Positions 11,253-23,747 of a stretch of DNA of 64,000 nucleotides are shown in pieces (within the stretch, counting starts at the first letter, position 1; the number at the start of each line of letters is the position of its first letter). The notes beneath the pieces are model-generated. The model was not told the DNA's origin. It did not search any database and saw only the letters and a list, made by a program, of their open reading frames with translations. Made by a program: the position numbers and the translations under genes. The DNA comes from Methanomassiliicoccaceae archaeon (lineage in GTDB: Archaea; Thermoplasmatota; Thermoplasmata; Methanomassiliicoccales; Methanomassiliicoccaceae): assembly GCA_963728405.1 (NCBI GenBank), contig CAVSJV010000003.1:128001-192000 (forward strand), in the 5' to 3' direction.

Positions 11253-12451
11253 TTCGGTTCTCCGGATCCATCCTCATCCGACGTCCTTCATTAGCTCCGT
11301 CCCACTCCTGAATAATCCGCACATATTTGGAATATGGGGCAGGGTTGCTTCTTACGGTCTCGCGGGCCTGGACGGACAAAACACCTGCGTCTATGGAGAT
11401 CAGCTGTTTCACCGCCTTGACATAATCGGCGATCTCTCCGCTCGATATGATCTCTACGGCTGGTGAGGCCGGCTGTTCCACCTTAGACTCCTTTGAGGCC
11501 ACCACCGGGGTGCCTGATGCTAGGGCCTCCAAGATGGCGATGGGGTGCCCTTCGTATCTGGAGGGATGGAGTAGGAGCGAGGCGGCGTTGTATAGATACG
11601 GCAGGTCCTCCTCCTTTACCCTCCCTAGCGCCTTGACCGAACCGACCTGGGCATAGTTGGGCAACTGCTCAGTGGTCAGACCCGCGACCAGAAGGGTTGC
11701 GGGTACTCCCCCCTTCCTAAGTTCTTCGCAAACCGCTACTGCAGTCTGCAAGCCCTTTCGAACATGTTCTTTGCCGATGTACAGCAGATAAGGTGCATCC
11801 ATTTCCAAATGGAGCCTTTCTCTAGCGGTTACCTTGTTCCGGGGTGTGAACTTGACCGTATCCGCCTGGTTATGGATGACTGTGAATCCTTTTTCGATCC
11901 ACCCCATATAGGTCGATCAGCTCCTCGCCGACCCCCTTGGAGACCACGACCACCACGTCCGCAGTCAGGGCGGCGATACCTTCTGCCAGGCCAACGGTGG
12001 GCCGGTAAAGGCCCGCGAGCACCTTTCTCCAACCGCTTAGCTGTTCCTGGTAGCTTTTTATCATGTTCCACGAGACGCCATGGAACGTCTGGATGAACAA
12101 AGTGTTCTTTTTCCGGCGGAATAGGCGGTGCAAGAGCCCATAACCAAACCCCGCCTCGGCATGAGCGTTCACCACATGGAACCGTCCAGCGCATACGTCC
12201 ATCCCTGCCACTGCCCCGTAGACGATCGGGTTCACGAGCTTAGGCCGCATGCCTCGATATTCGACTGAGGTCCAGCCATTCTGGCACTTCTTCCCCCTAC
12301 CATAGTAAGTGGCCAGGATATCGAACTCATGATGGCTCTCCAGTTCCCGAAGGACCCCTAGGACCACCGACTCAACCCCGCCAGGGCTACAGGGGTCCTG
12401 TTTAGATATGACACAAATCCGTTTCTTGTCGGTAGCCATTCTTTTCATCAA
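11242..12451 (-). CDS. Glycosyltransferase family 4 (frameshift near 11880)
   Basis: PGGVESVV, IQTFHG, RKGL, PSRYEGHPIAILEALASGTPVV. Confidence 0.87.
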
Positions 12452-12547
12452 CCATGGGTTCGCCGGTTAGGCCGTTTTTTAATACTTATGGGGGACCGAG
12501 GACAGTTTAGTGAGGAACATCTGAACAATAAATGTTTGCTGTCCTGA

Positions 12548-13550
12548 AACTGTGTTGAATAAGTGAGCGCAAAGGCGCGCGTCAGCGGTTTTATCAGCTC
12601 TGGGTTAGCAGAGCTGATTTGGCAAAAACATGACGCGCGATTCTTCATTGGACGAAGTGATAAAAAGAGATTGGGGACGAATAAACGAGCAATACGTTCG
12701 TCGCGGCGAGATCGCCGCCGACCTCTCCTGGCTCGGCTCGTGGAACGACGAGCTCGAGGCGATGAACGCGAACAAGAACGGTCGACCGTATCGTTTTCCT
12801 CGCTCGTTGGTCAAGTTCGTTCGTCTGCTTCGAGACGTGTGGCATCTCGGGCTCAGGCAAGCGGAAGGCTTGTTGAGAGCGTTATCGGACGCTCTCGAGT
12901 TCGAAGTGCCGGACTATACTACGCTCTGGCATAGGCTGGTCAAAGACGAGGCGGACGAGGTCGTGCCGCCTCGTCGCCAGGCGACGCTGGCGATCGACAG
13001 CACCGGCCTCGCTGTCACGCAGCGAGGCGAGTGGTTGAGGGACAAGTGGCACATCTGTCGTGGCTTCGTGAAAGCGCACGTCGCCGTGGACGTCGCTACA
13101 GCAACGGTCGCTGCCGTCATGGTCTCGGACGATCACGGATATGACGCTCACTTTCTCGTCCCCCTGGTTCGCCAGGCGCAGCGGCGCCTGGAGGTCGTCC
13201 GCGTGCTCGCGGACGCCGCGTACGATACGAGGGAGAACTTCGAGTTCTTGCGCAGCGAGGGCATCGAGGCGGGCATCAACATGAGGAAGAACGCCAATCA
13301 GAAATTGCGAGGTGACACGTACGCGAGACCGCTCGCGGTGCGCGAGCGACGACAGTCTCGGCAAGGAAAGCTGGATACAACGATACGAGTACAATATGCG
13401 CTGGAAGGTCGAGGTCATGTTCTCAGCGGTGAAGCGCGTACTGGGCAAGGCACTGCGCTCGCGGCGCAGCGACTTAATGCTGTGCTAGGCGCAGCGCAAG
13501 TTCATCGTCTACAACCGGTTGGCCATGGCGTAAGGCTATTCAACACAGTT
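12548..13550 (+). mobile_element. IS5-family insertion sequence; DDE transposase 12630-13533 with frameshift near 13365 and in-frame TAG at 13486
   Basis: Perfect 14-bp terminal inverted repeats AACTGTGTTGAATA (12548-12561) / TATTCAACACAGTT (13537-13550); PDYTTL, AIDSTG, LADAAYDT, RWKVEVMFS motifs. Confidence 0.9.
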
Positions 13551-13775
13551 AAACCGATAGAAAGATTTAAGGCACCCCTCCCATTTAACAGCATTCAGCA
13601 ATATTAGACAGAGCGACAGGTGGGATGAAATGGGGATCAATCCCTCGATTACAGTACCGTCAGAACTCAAAAGCAAGTAATGAATGTGCTTTCCCACTCA
13701 ACCCCCTATATATTTTAAGGGCAATATAGTTGCCAGTAGACTGTGTGAAAGTGGAAACCGTTTTTATGAGTAAAG

Positions 13776-14578
13776 GTGAACAGCATGGAGCTAAGCATAG
13801 TAATCCCAGCGTGCAATGAAGAGAAGCGTATTCGGGATACTCTGCTCACCTATGCGAAGTTCTTTAGAGAATCTGGCAGTCCCTATGAAATTATTGTAGA
13901 GATGGATGGTTGTGTGGACAGGACCGCCGAGGTGGTCAGGAAGGCCAGCTCGGTATATCCAGAAATTAGAGCGTTGGAATACTCAGAAAAGCTCGGCAAG
14001 GGCGGCGGGTTGATTAAAGGGATTACAGTGCGCCAAAGGTGAATATGTCGGGTTCGTGGATGCGGATGGCTCCACTGAACCATCTGAGCTGATGAAGCTC
14101 CTGGACAAGTGAAGTAGGGTGCGGACTGTGCGATAGGGTCACGCCACATGAAGGGCTCCATCGTCCTCAATCAATCCGGGCTCGGAAGGTCCTGAGCAAA
14201 TGCTTCAATCTTATGGTCAGGACATTTTCGCCATGCCATATCATGACACCCAGTGCGGTGCCAAGATGTATCGTTCATCTGCTTTGCCCAGGCTCCTTTC
14301 CGAGATCCATGTTAACGGCTTCATCTTCGACGTCGTCTTGTTTATCTAACAAAGAAGAACGGTTTTACGGTCGTGGAGGTCCCGATCAGATGGGAGGACA
14401 AGGCTGGCTCGAAAGTGAGCGTGCTCTTCACCACCTGGACATGTTGAACTCCATCATCAGGCTCCGGCTCCACTTCAGTCCTTTGCGCCGTTGGATTTCC
14501 CCACATCAAAGAAGCATACAGTGGCCAACGACACAGCCAGTCAACCCCGATGATGAGGGGACGGGAATTTTTCTATAA
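13776..14578 (+). pseudogene. Dolichyl-phosphate glycosyltransferase-like GT2, multiply frameshifted
   Basis: LSIVIPACNEE, DGCVDRT, GKGGG, FVDADGS, DTQCGAK, FIFDV, EVPIRWED spread over several frames. Confidence 0.78.
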
Positions 14579-14769
14579 CCCATTGAATTCTATCAATGAA
14601 GCGATCATTCGGGTCAATGCAATCTTGTGGGCCATTGCTGAGCCCCGCGGCCCAAATCTTACGACGTTGCTAATACCAGATGTACGATCTGGTTGAAGAC
14701 CTTATGGGAAGCCGCCCGAATATGAGAATTGGCCGCGGTCCTATCAGTCAATGCGTCGGATGAAGAACT

Positions 14770-15796
14770 CTAGGCCTGAGTGGCCCTATCGGCCAGAGCT
14801 TGCACGGAGAAGTTTGCCGCTTGGGCCGGACCCTGCTTCACCGTTTTTTAGGAGCATCGATGAGGGCCCTCAGCAGGTCTTCGGCCATCTCGTCCTCCCC
14901 ATGGGATCGAAGCGTGTACTGGGCCACTTCCTCTAGAACCATTGCCCCTTCAAGGGCCAGGACAGGGATACCATGTGCCTGGGCCTCCAGTAGATGGGAA
15001 GCTAAAACCCTCTTGCAGACTAGGGAAGGCATAAGTCGAACGAGTTGTAGGTATCTGCAAGCCTTCTTCAGGCACCAGTCCCTTGAACTCGACAGCCGGT
15101 CCAAATACCCAGTTCCTTGGCCAGGTGCTTTAAGCTGGCTTCGTCGGGGCCTTCCCCGCACAGCACCAGACGGGGGCCGTTGCCTGCTCTCCTCCCTTGC
15201 CTGGGCAAAGGCACTGAATGAGCATCTCAACGTTCTTGCGCTTCTTAAGCACCCCGATGTAGCCTACGACATTTCCTCTGGTAATGCTTCGGATATGGGC
15301 GGAAACCGGATGCAACGGCCTGAGGGACCACATGATAATCGGGAACGTCATAGGCTTCCCGACCTCCTTTCGTGTCTGTTCGGGTATGCAGATGAAGTGA
15401 TCGGCATATTCAGTGCTAACTTTATACCGATGTTATAGAACCGACAGAACAGGGCCTCCGAGGGAGAGCCCAGCGAGGGTTTGTCGACATGGTGGGAGGT
15501 GATCATCTTCTACCCATTAAGAAAGGGAATGGGAAGCGCCTGCGAGTCGGTGAGGGCATTATGGACGATAGGGGATCCATACGACCAATGGTCAGCTTCA
15601 GTGCGGGCAATGCAGGGTCATAACAGAGGGGGCTGACCAACGAGCCGGAAGGTAGACATTGAAGCGGGGACCGTTGGTTCGGTAGCCGGACGTCCACGCC
15701 TTTCGCCTGGAGCCCCGACGATGTGTTCGGGGCATACCTCTCGAAACCATTGGTCGGACTATTGTCCAGTTGTCTGGTGAGCAGGGTCACTTGCAT
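14770..15796 (-). pseudogene. Glycosyltransferase family 4, degraded
   Basis: MQVTLLTRQLDNSPTNGFERYA, VGYIGVLKKRKNV, MPSL...LLEAQAHGIPVL fragments with stops and frameshifts. Confidence 0.7.
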
Positions 15797-18700
15797 ATGA
15801 AACCATCCATTGTCATGAGGGCGTGACTTAATCCTATTCGGTAAACTATTTCTTCGGGCGCCCATATCGTAGCTAATATCTGCCGGATGCGCGGCGAGAT
15901 CACAATGGCACGATAGCTGTGGCCACGACCAATGTGATAAGCAAAGATGATAATATTGAACCATAGACATCCTGCCCTTGGAACCAGTAGGTGATCGTGT
16001 GCTCGCCGGTTCTGGCACATAGAAGGCGTTGACCATCGAATCCGTCTGAACATGGTCCAGCTCCTTTCCGCCCATCGTGCCGACCACAGAGGATGGTAGC
16101 TATTCGATAGTTGTATCCAGGTCGGGCCGTCGGAAATAACATGGACACGGTATTCGACATTGCTCACCTTTTCATAGGTAACTTGGGCGGAGCTTGAGGG
16201 GGAAGCCGGGGAGGAAAGGGATAGGGTCAGGGCATACAGGCCAGGGCCGCCACTTTCGACCACATGGTGTCCCCTGGTTAAGTCACCGACCACATAAATA
16301 GCTCCATTGTCCGTCACGGTCTGAGGGGCGAAGCCGTCCCGTCGACCTTCAGACACATCTTCCATTCCCGCCCCTGCCACTCGTGACATGTATGCCCCAT
16401 TCAAGGGGACATTGATGCCAATCTAGTCCGATCGGGACCCTGGCTGCATTGTCAATTCGGTCGATGGCTAGTCCGGCCTCCCCCGGCGACAATCCTGAAC
16501 TGGACACGGTCCATGCCCTCGGGAAGGGTGAAGTTTAGGGCCTGTTCGACATATCCTTGGCCGGGGCCTGCCACAATGCTCTCGGTTCTTATCAGGGCCA
16601 TGGCGTCCCCATTCCCAGCCCATACCTCGACCTTCCCAGGGGTCATCGAAATGCCCGGATCATTGACCGAGATATGGCTGAATAAGAGGTGCCAGGTGTT
16701 AGTCCTCGGACCGCCTTCGTGCTCACATGCCCACCAGAACCGAATACTGGCATAGATTCCCGCCAAGGCACCCACGTCGGCCTTCACCACTGCGCCGGGG
16801 AGGTCCACTGCCGACAAGGTCAGAGTTGCCCCCTATGCCCCGGCCTTCGCCTCCCCATCCAAGTGGAGATATGTCCCCTGCATCCCATAGGGAGGAGAGT
16901 GTGCCTGACACAAGGAAGCAGACTTTGTCCTTATGCTCCTCGAGCATCGCGCCGATGCGGTCCTCCCTAGATTGCACCTCGGCCTGGGGAGCGATGATCA
17001 TCCGTCCGATACTGGTGCTGCCGTTGCCGTCATTGCTGATGACCACAGTGTGCTCCGACGCCCCCAAGGATATTTTCAATATTAAGCCAGCTCTGGCGTA
17101 GAGGAGGGCGAGTAGGGGTCGAACTTCGGCCACCATCTCGCCATCAATGCTAATAGTAAATCTGCCGGTGTCGGGACCATTGATCACTTGGAGCATCAGG
17201 CCGTATATTCCTCCCTCCAGCTCACGCGTTTCGAAGCTCAGGTCGTTCTTACCAGAGGTATCAGCGGTCAGGCCAGTGGCGACCCCATTGGAGTAGTTGG
17301 TGTCCAGATCTCACCCACGTCCCACTGGAATCGATGGTGTGGGTGTTCGCAAGATTACCGAGATCAATCGTCTGCCCGCCTTCCCATGCTATACCACTGG
17401 CCATGTCGAGGAGGTCAACATCGTAGACGATGATGAGCCCAGCTCGATCCATATATGCTTCCATCTCCGACCAGGTGGATATTTGACCTGAGAGAACCGT
17501 TCCCTCGTTAGTTAGGTTGACCAGGCCAAGACCCATCAGTGCTGGAAGAACAACCCGACCCCTCCCGAGATCAGGCACACATTGTCCAGAGCGTGCACCT
17601 GGGGCTCCCACATCTGGTTCTCGAATATCGCTGCGCCTCTATCGAAGACCTGCATCTTGACCAGGCCATCCAAGGAGGAGAAGAGGGCCACCTCCGAAGG
17701 TTCGGACTGGACCTGGGCTACGATATAGCGCACGTTCGCGGCCCCTCCCAGCATCTGAGGGATGTTCAAGTACCCGAAATCGCGGTCGCTTAAAGTATAG
17801 CCCAAGAAGGACCAGTAGTCTTGGGTTTCTACTCCATAAGCATATGGTTTATCGGATAATAGTGAACTGTACATGCCCACGTCCAAGAGTCATGGCCGAT
17901 GGGTATCCCTCGGCGGTGGTCTGATTGGCGGTGTAGTATATGCTCTGGAATGGTAGATTGAGCACCCTGAAGTCGCCTTCTTGCGTTCTGAGCCATAAGA
18001 TATGGTTCGGCATATGGGTAGGAAGATCGAAGGCTTGCGGAGCGTCGTCCAAGAAGATGGCCGAAGAAGGCAGAACCATGGCAAGAACGATTAGCGCGGC
18101 AATAATCCGCTCATTGGAGAGCGCTTTCACAAGTGGCTGCAATATCTTACCGCAACTTTCGGCAGGCCGGCACGCACTTCGTCCATATGGGCCATGACCA
18201 TGGCGATGAGGAGGGCGAAAGCAAAGCCAGTAAGCAGATCGAACCGGGAGTAGGCCCGGATGGAGTCCATCAGCGGCACATTGGCAAAGGCTAGGGTGAA
18301 TAACTCCCTGTTGGGGGGGTTCGGACCGGCGGCAACGACCACGAAGATCAGGGCGGGGATGAGCAGGGAGAGCACGAGGGGCCTTTGGCTCTTCAGTTTC
18401 AACGAGAAGAGCGCAAAGACGGGGATCAATACCGCCACGGCCAGCCCGACGGGCCATAAAAAGGCCGGGTAGGTCCACTGGCCCCCGCCCGTTCCGAAGA
18501 TGTAAGTATTCTCTGATGAAGCCAGCACCAGGGAGTGGTATAAGGAATAACTGCTGGCCTTCTCAGCTTCCTGGATCACGTAGTGAACGTCGAGGGTCGA
18601 CCCACCGACCCCGCCGAATTTTATAAGCACGAGAGGCAGGACCACGAGGAGCGTACAGATGACACCCGCACCAAGGATCTGTAGACGCCCCCTCAGGTTC

Positions 18701-19336
18701 CTGGGCCGGTGAAAATACGCATAGAACAGGGCGAACAGAACAAGGAAAACGCCAGTTATCAGGATAGTGTGAGGAGCGCCGATGGTCCCATATGCCAGGG
18801 CCACGGCCGGGAGTGCCACCACGCTCCATTTTCCTGTACCGTCCATCGTCCGATATAGGAGAAGGAACAGCAGGGGGAAGAGCGCATAGCCGAGGATAAA
18901 AAAATGATGTACCTCAGTGATCTGGGAGAGGAACACCTGGTTGAGGGAATAGACCAGGCCGGCCAGGAGCGAACCCATGAAGCTTCCGGTGATGCTCTTG
19001 GCACACAGATACATGAGTAAGCCGGCCATAAAGAAGGCAATGACAATCATCGCTTTCCACAATAGGGAAGGGCTTATGCCTAGGACCCCCATGCCCACAT
19101 AGTACAGGGTGCTCAACGTCGGAGAGGGATAGTTCGTGTGCCCAAGCGCTGTGATCTCCCTCCAGGCTGAAAAGTAGGAGGAATCGACCCTCATCATCTC
19201 CAGGTCAGCCAGGGGCCCCATGCCATCCGAGCCAGCCAGGTAGTTACCGTCGAGATAGCGCCAGAATATAGCCACGGTTAGCATGGCAAAGAGGAGGGCT
19301 GCGATGAGGGTCTGTCTTCGATCTCAGTACCCCCAA
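15787..19336 (-). pseudogene. Second giant GT-C/YfhO-like membrane protein, heavily frameshifted
   Basis: N-terminal GSDGMG loop and many TM helices, PLMDSIRAYSRF, GDFRVLNLP, ANVRYIV, YEKVSNVEYRVHV...LSNSYHPLW (YfhO-like C-terminus), terminal TM. Confidence 0.65.
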
Positions 19337-19689
19337 TGGCTCACCTCCCAAACCATGCTATCCGGGCGTAGGGACATATGATATAGAATCGTTGCCTCAG
19401 TATATACTTATTTAAAAAATGTAATATGTGCACCGTCCTAGGAAGATATCTCACCAACTGGCCCCCCTAATAAAAGCCTCGTGTTCTTGCCCGAGAGAAT
19501 AACCACGGATGTGGGAGGATGCGCTATTTTTTGTACGCCCAGATAGTGTCAGACACACCAACCCAGTTGGTGAAACTGGATTGCGAGTCGATGGGGTGAA
19601 GAATGCGAACCGACCGAACCCCTGAATCTGGACCCATTGTGGTCCATTAGATTACGGCCCTGAGGTTCGGCCCCTGTGTAACATTTCAA

Positions 19690-19959
19690 GAAGTGGATTC
19701 GCGCTCCAGCAAATCGGCATATCAATGAGAGGAGCTGTTAGATTCTAAAGTGGGTATTCTTCATAAGACAATGGGCCTACTCTATCCAGTCATTCAGCTC
19801 AGGCTGATGTTCAGCCCGTTCAGCTTCCTAGTAAAAAGGCCCAAGTACGACACCTATAAAATGGACCGCCCGTCCTTGAGATCGTTCTTCGAGGGCAAGA
19901 TTTTTGGAGTAGACCGTGCAATCAGTAGGGTGTTGGCGGTAAGCCTGGCAGATAAATAA
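19690..19959 (+). pseudogene. Remnant resembling the C-terminus of a Dol-P glycosyltransferase
   Basis: SKVGILHKTMGLLYPVIQLRLMFSPF resembles SKVSV...LDMLNSIIRLRLHFSPL at about 14410-14490. Confidence 0.4.
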
Positions 19960-20006
19960 TAGACAGAAATTCATAAATACGCTCAAAAGGTTCACATGGA
20001 GTGCTC

Positions 20007-21132
20007 ATGTCATTGGGAGAAGGGCCTGAACCCGCTTTTACCATTATTCTGCCGACCCTGAACGAGGGAGAGAACATAGAGGGCATGGTCGAGTCCCTCA
20101 CCTCCCTTTATCCCAAAGCCCACATCCTGGTGATGGATGATAACTCTAAGGATGGAACAGCCGAGAAGGCCCGGAGATATTGCAACCCACCCTATAATGT
20201 AGAGGCTGTGGTCAGGGATCCCCTGGACAAAGGCCTTACAGCCAGTGTCATCGATGGGATCATGTGCGCTAGAACGGAATACTTCATTGTCCTCGACGCC
20301 GACTTCCAGCATCCGCCAGAGGCCATTGCCGGAGTGATGGCCTCGTTGAAGGACGGTAATGATCTCACCATAGGCGTACGGGAAGACAAAATGAACCTGA
20401 TGTTCTTCCGTAAACTTGCGTCAGGGGGAGCTCACGGCCTGGCCAAGGCCTATTTGAACATCAAGCGTCAACCTACTTCGAAGGACACAATGAGTGGATT
20501 TTTCGGAGGCCGTACCGATGATCTTCCAGAAGGTCATTGCCAAGGACGGTGCGAAGTTCGAGCGGAAGGGTTTTAAGGTCCTGTTCGACCTCCTGAAGTT
20601 CGCGCCCCGGGACATCAAGGTCGGGGAAAGCCTGTTCACCTTCAACGCCCGGAGGGGAGGGGAGTCGAAGCTCAACTCTCGGATCATCCTATCCATTTTG
20701 AGACAGTGCGGCGTGGGCGGTAAGATCGCGGCCGCCACGGCGACATTCTTCCTTATGACCTCGATAGGCAGGTTCTCGGCCGCGGTCATTTTCGGTCTGC
20801 TTTCGACCTTCGCGTTCATATCCCTGGCGGGAGGGGATGCCTGGTCCAATCTTTTCAACGACTATACCTTTCTATCACTCATCCTTGCGCTGATGTACAT
20901 GGTGATGGCCAGCGAGATGATAATGAAATGGCGCGGGGAGAGCATAATCCGCGGCCTTTCCCTCATCACGGTGGCATTTAGCGCCTATCTCATCAATCTG
21001 GCCATATTCTACTGGTTAGCGGCGATCCTCCCGGAGATGCTGATGATAGCCAGCCTCCTGGGATTGACGATAGCCTTCAGCTTTGACACGGCCCTGGGTT
21101 TCAAGAACAATAGATATGCAGCGGCCCAATGA
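20007..21132 (+). CDS. Dolichol-phosphate mannosyltransferase-like GT2 with C-terminal membrane domain (frameshift near 20510)
   Basis: IILPTLNEGENI, DDNSKDGT, LDADFQHPPE, DTMSGFF, GFKVLFDLL, RRGGESKL. Confidence 0.85.
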
Positions 21133-21170
21133 CGGGGCCAGGGCGCCTACGGGCCGCGCCAAGAAGGACG

Positions 21171-21659
21171 TTAAGAGGTGTGCAGTTGCTGCTCTGACAC
21201 CCGTGCCCGTATATAGTCGACCAGGGAGGCCGGGTGTTCACTGGCAGCTGGCCTCCTCTCCCTGGCCCGCTCGACGGCTGCGGGTATGTCAGCCTCGTTC
21301 TCTATCAACACGGCAAGACTGGCCTCTGCCAAGGCCTTGGATAGTTCCAGTTGTTGATCGTCCACGTGCTCGTCGAACTTACCCAATCGTGGCATCAGGA
21401 CCAGTGGTTTTTTCATAGAGAGCGCGGTGATGGCCGTTCCCGCCCCCCCATGGGCCACGATCACGTCGGCCTCTTCGTAGAAGCGGTCCATCTCCTCATC
21501 GGTCTCCACGAACCGGAACCATTTGGCGTAGAGCGGCTCGTATTTGGAGAATCCGACCTGGATGATCACGCTCTCCTGATGGTCCCGGGCGTAAGCGTCC
21601 ATGGACCGGACCAAACGGTCGAACTGTTGGAAGTGCGTTCCCACGGTGACGAAAATCAT
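21171..21659 (-). CDS. Alg13/PssE-like glycosyltransferase (GT28 C-terminal half)
   Basis: MIFVTVGTH.QFDRLV, AHGGAGT, PRL...EHVDDQQ. Confidence 0.9.
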   Translation of the reverse strand: MIFVTVGTHFQQFDRLVRSMDAYARDHQESVIIQVGFSKYEPLYAKWFRFVETDEEMDRFYEEADVIVAHGGAGTAITALSMKKPLVLMPRLGKFDEHVDDQQLELSKALAEASLAVLIENEADIPAAVERARERRPAASEHPASLVDYIRARVSEQQLHTS

Positions 21660-22100
21660 ATTACTGCACCCTCATACCTTGCCTTGTTCCCATATACTTC
21701 CTTCAGTTGGGGCCACTGGACCAGGAACTCATCGGCGAATCTATAGACCAGCCGGCCCGTGCCCGAGGTGGTCTTGACCTTAGACCAGCTCTCGATATAG
21801 GTGGTCGGTATGCCGAAGGCTTTCGCCAACAGGAATGAGGGCACCGCCACGGCGTCGCCCGTGCTGAACATCATGTCCGGCCTCTCCTTCAACAGGACCC
21901 GTAGGAGGGAGGGGAACGCCTTCACGAAACTTATGGGGCTGGCCCCCACGTCCCCTACCAGGTACTTGCGGTAGGTCAACCCCATGGTCCTCTTGTGCTT
22001 GTGAGTGATAAAGAAAACTGTCATGACCTTCAAAGGCCCTCATCAACTGGAGCATCTCAGTAAGATGCCCTCCGGGCGAGCACACTAATGCGATCTTCAC
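21656..22100 (-). CDS. Alg14/PssD-like glycosyltransferase partner (frameshift near 22020)
   Basis: GTG start MKIALVCSPGGHLTEM; STGDAVAVP, YIESW, SGTGR, FLVQWPQL. Confidence 0.88.
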
Positions 22101-22361
22101 GTCGTTCAGCTCTTGCAAGCCAACGGAAGGTCTGGGAACTATTATAGATTTGGTGACCACGGACCCAATGGACAGGGGCGTTCGAGCATCTAGATGCGAT
22201 AGGGATTCCCATTATGGGCGAGGGGTTGGACCAAGTCCTTGCTCTCATCCCAACAATCCTATCATCAAAATGGCCGAAGGGGGTATGAACGGAGAATGCT
22301 TAGGTCGATATCTCCCTTTCATAACGTATCTTTATTACTGTCAACTTGTGATTGAAGGGGG

Positions 22362-22757
22362 ATGACGCAACAATTCGAGGTTTATGTCCAGAACAAGCCT
22401 GGGGACGTTGCCTGGATCGCCGAGGTGTTATCGAAGAACTCGGTCAACATCCGCGGCATTTCGACCGACCTTGGATCGATCAGGCCGATGATCCGTGTGA
22501 TCACCGATGATGAGGTCAGCGCTCGCAGCGCACTGAAGATGGCTAAACTGGAGTTCTCCGAACGAGAGATAGAGGTCATCAGCCTGGCCGACCGGCCTGG
22601 GGAGCTGGCCAAGATCGCCAGGACCCTATCGAAGTCGGGCATAAACATCGAGTCGTTATACATCCTGGGCAACAGTGGCCGGACGGTGGAAGAAATAGCC
22701 CTGGGGGTCGACAATGTCACCAGAGCCAGGGAGGTCCTCCAGAAGTTCAAGTCCTAG
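22362..22757 (+). CDS. Tandem ACT-domain protein
   Basis: QNKPG...LSKNSVNI and ADRPGELA...SGINIE ACT repeats. Confidence 0.85.
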   Translation: MTQQFEVYVQNKPGDVAWIAEVLSKNSVNIRGISTDLGSIRPMIRVITDDEVSARSALKMAKLEFSEREIEVISLADRPGELAKIARTLSKSGINIESLYILGNSGRTVEEIALGVDNVTRAREVLQKFKS

Positions 22758-22759
22758 GT

Positions 22760-22916
22760 CGGAACTCCTTACCGTTCGAGAAGGAGCTGATGAGTATTGA
22801 TACAGGATTAGCGCATCGCTCATCGCTGTGACGATGGTAGGCATCTCTCCCAGGATGAGCACCGCGAATATCATGGCAAAGACGATCTCCAGCAAAGGAT
22901 GATCGAGGGGGCACTA
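22760..22916 (-). pseudogene. C-terminal remnant of an EamA/DMT transporter
   Basis: SIIL..LEIVFAMIFAVLILGEMPT motif; the rest of the gene is replaced by the TnpB sequence. Confidence 0.6.
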
Positions 22917-23747
22917 GGAAGGGTCGAGACAAAGTCTCTATACTGACATTAGAGGGCCGTATTATCGTCCCCATAGTGCTAAGCGGCAAGTATGCCGACC
23001 TTGATCTGAGCAAGCTAAGAGGTGAGTGCGACCTGTTGTACCGAAAAAGAGAGTTCTACCTCAACGTGAGCTACGAGGTGCTAGAGGAACCACAATATGC
23101 GACGAACGACCACATCGGCGTGGACCTCGGTCGGAATAACATCGCCTCCACTTCGGATGGCGAGTTCTTTTGCGGTGATGCTTGTGAAGCGACTAAGATG
23201 AAGTATGTCGGATTGAGAAGGAAGTACCAGTCGGTCGGCACGAAGTCGGCGCACAAGCATCGCTCCAAGACAGATAGACGAGGATCCGACCTCAAAAAGA
23301 ACGCAAATCACAAAATAAGCAAGGAATTAGTATCACAGTCCAAAGGCACGGGGCGAGGTATTGCGTTGGAGGGACTGTCGCACATTCCTCGTCTACGCAC
23401 GGCTGCGAAGGACCATAACGACGCCGGTTCCAAGTGGGCGTTTAGACAGCTTCGTTCACTCATCGAGTACAAGGCGAAGTTGTCCGGAGTCCCAGTCATC
23501 CTCGTCAATCCCGCATACACGAGCCAGAAGTGCTCAGTATGCGGTTTCGTTCACGAGGAGAATCGATTATCACAGTCATCGTTCGTGTGTCAACGATGCA
23601 GTCATTCGGAGCATGCTGATACCAACGCATCGAAGAACATAAGGGACATGGCAAGGGCTGCTGTCAACCAGCCTATGGTCGTCCGTCATGCCACCGAGGC
23701 ATGAAGTTGGAACGGCAAGCCCACGAACTCATTCGTGGGTCGTTGAC
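22917..23747 (+). mobile_element. tnpB: 5'-truncated IS200/IS605-family TnpB element (ORF to 23704) with right-end hairpin
   Basis: GVDLG, IALEGL, PAYTSQKCSVCG, CQRC, HADTNAS; hairpin GCCCACGAA-ctca-TTCGTGGGT (23719-23740) followed by GTTGAC. Confidence 0.88.

Noticed and set aside
12540-13556. Target-site duplication for the IS5 element
   Set aside because: Flanks do not show a convincing direct repeat
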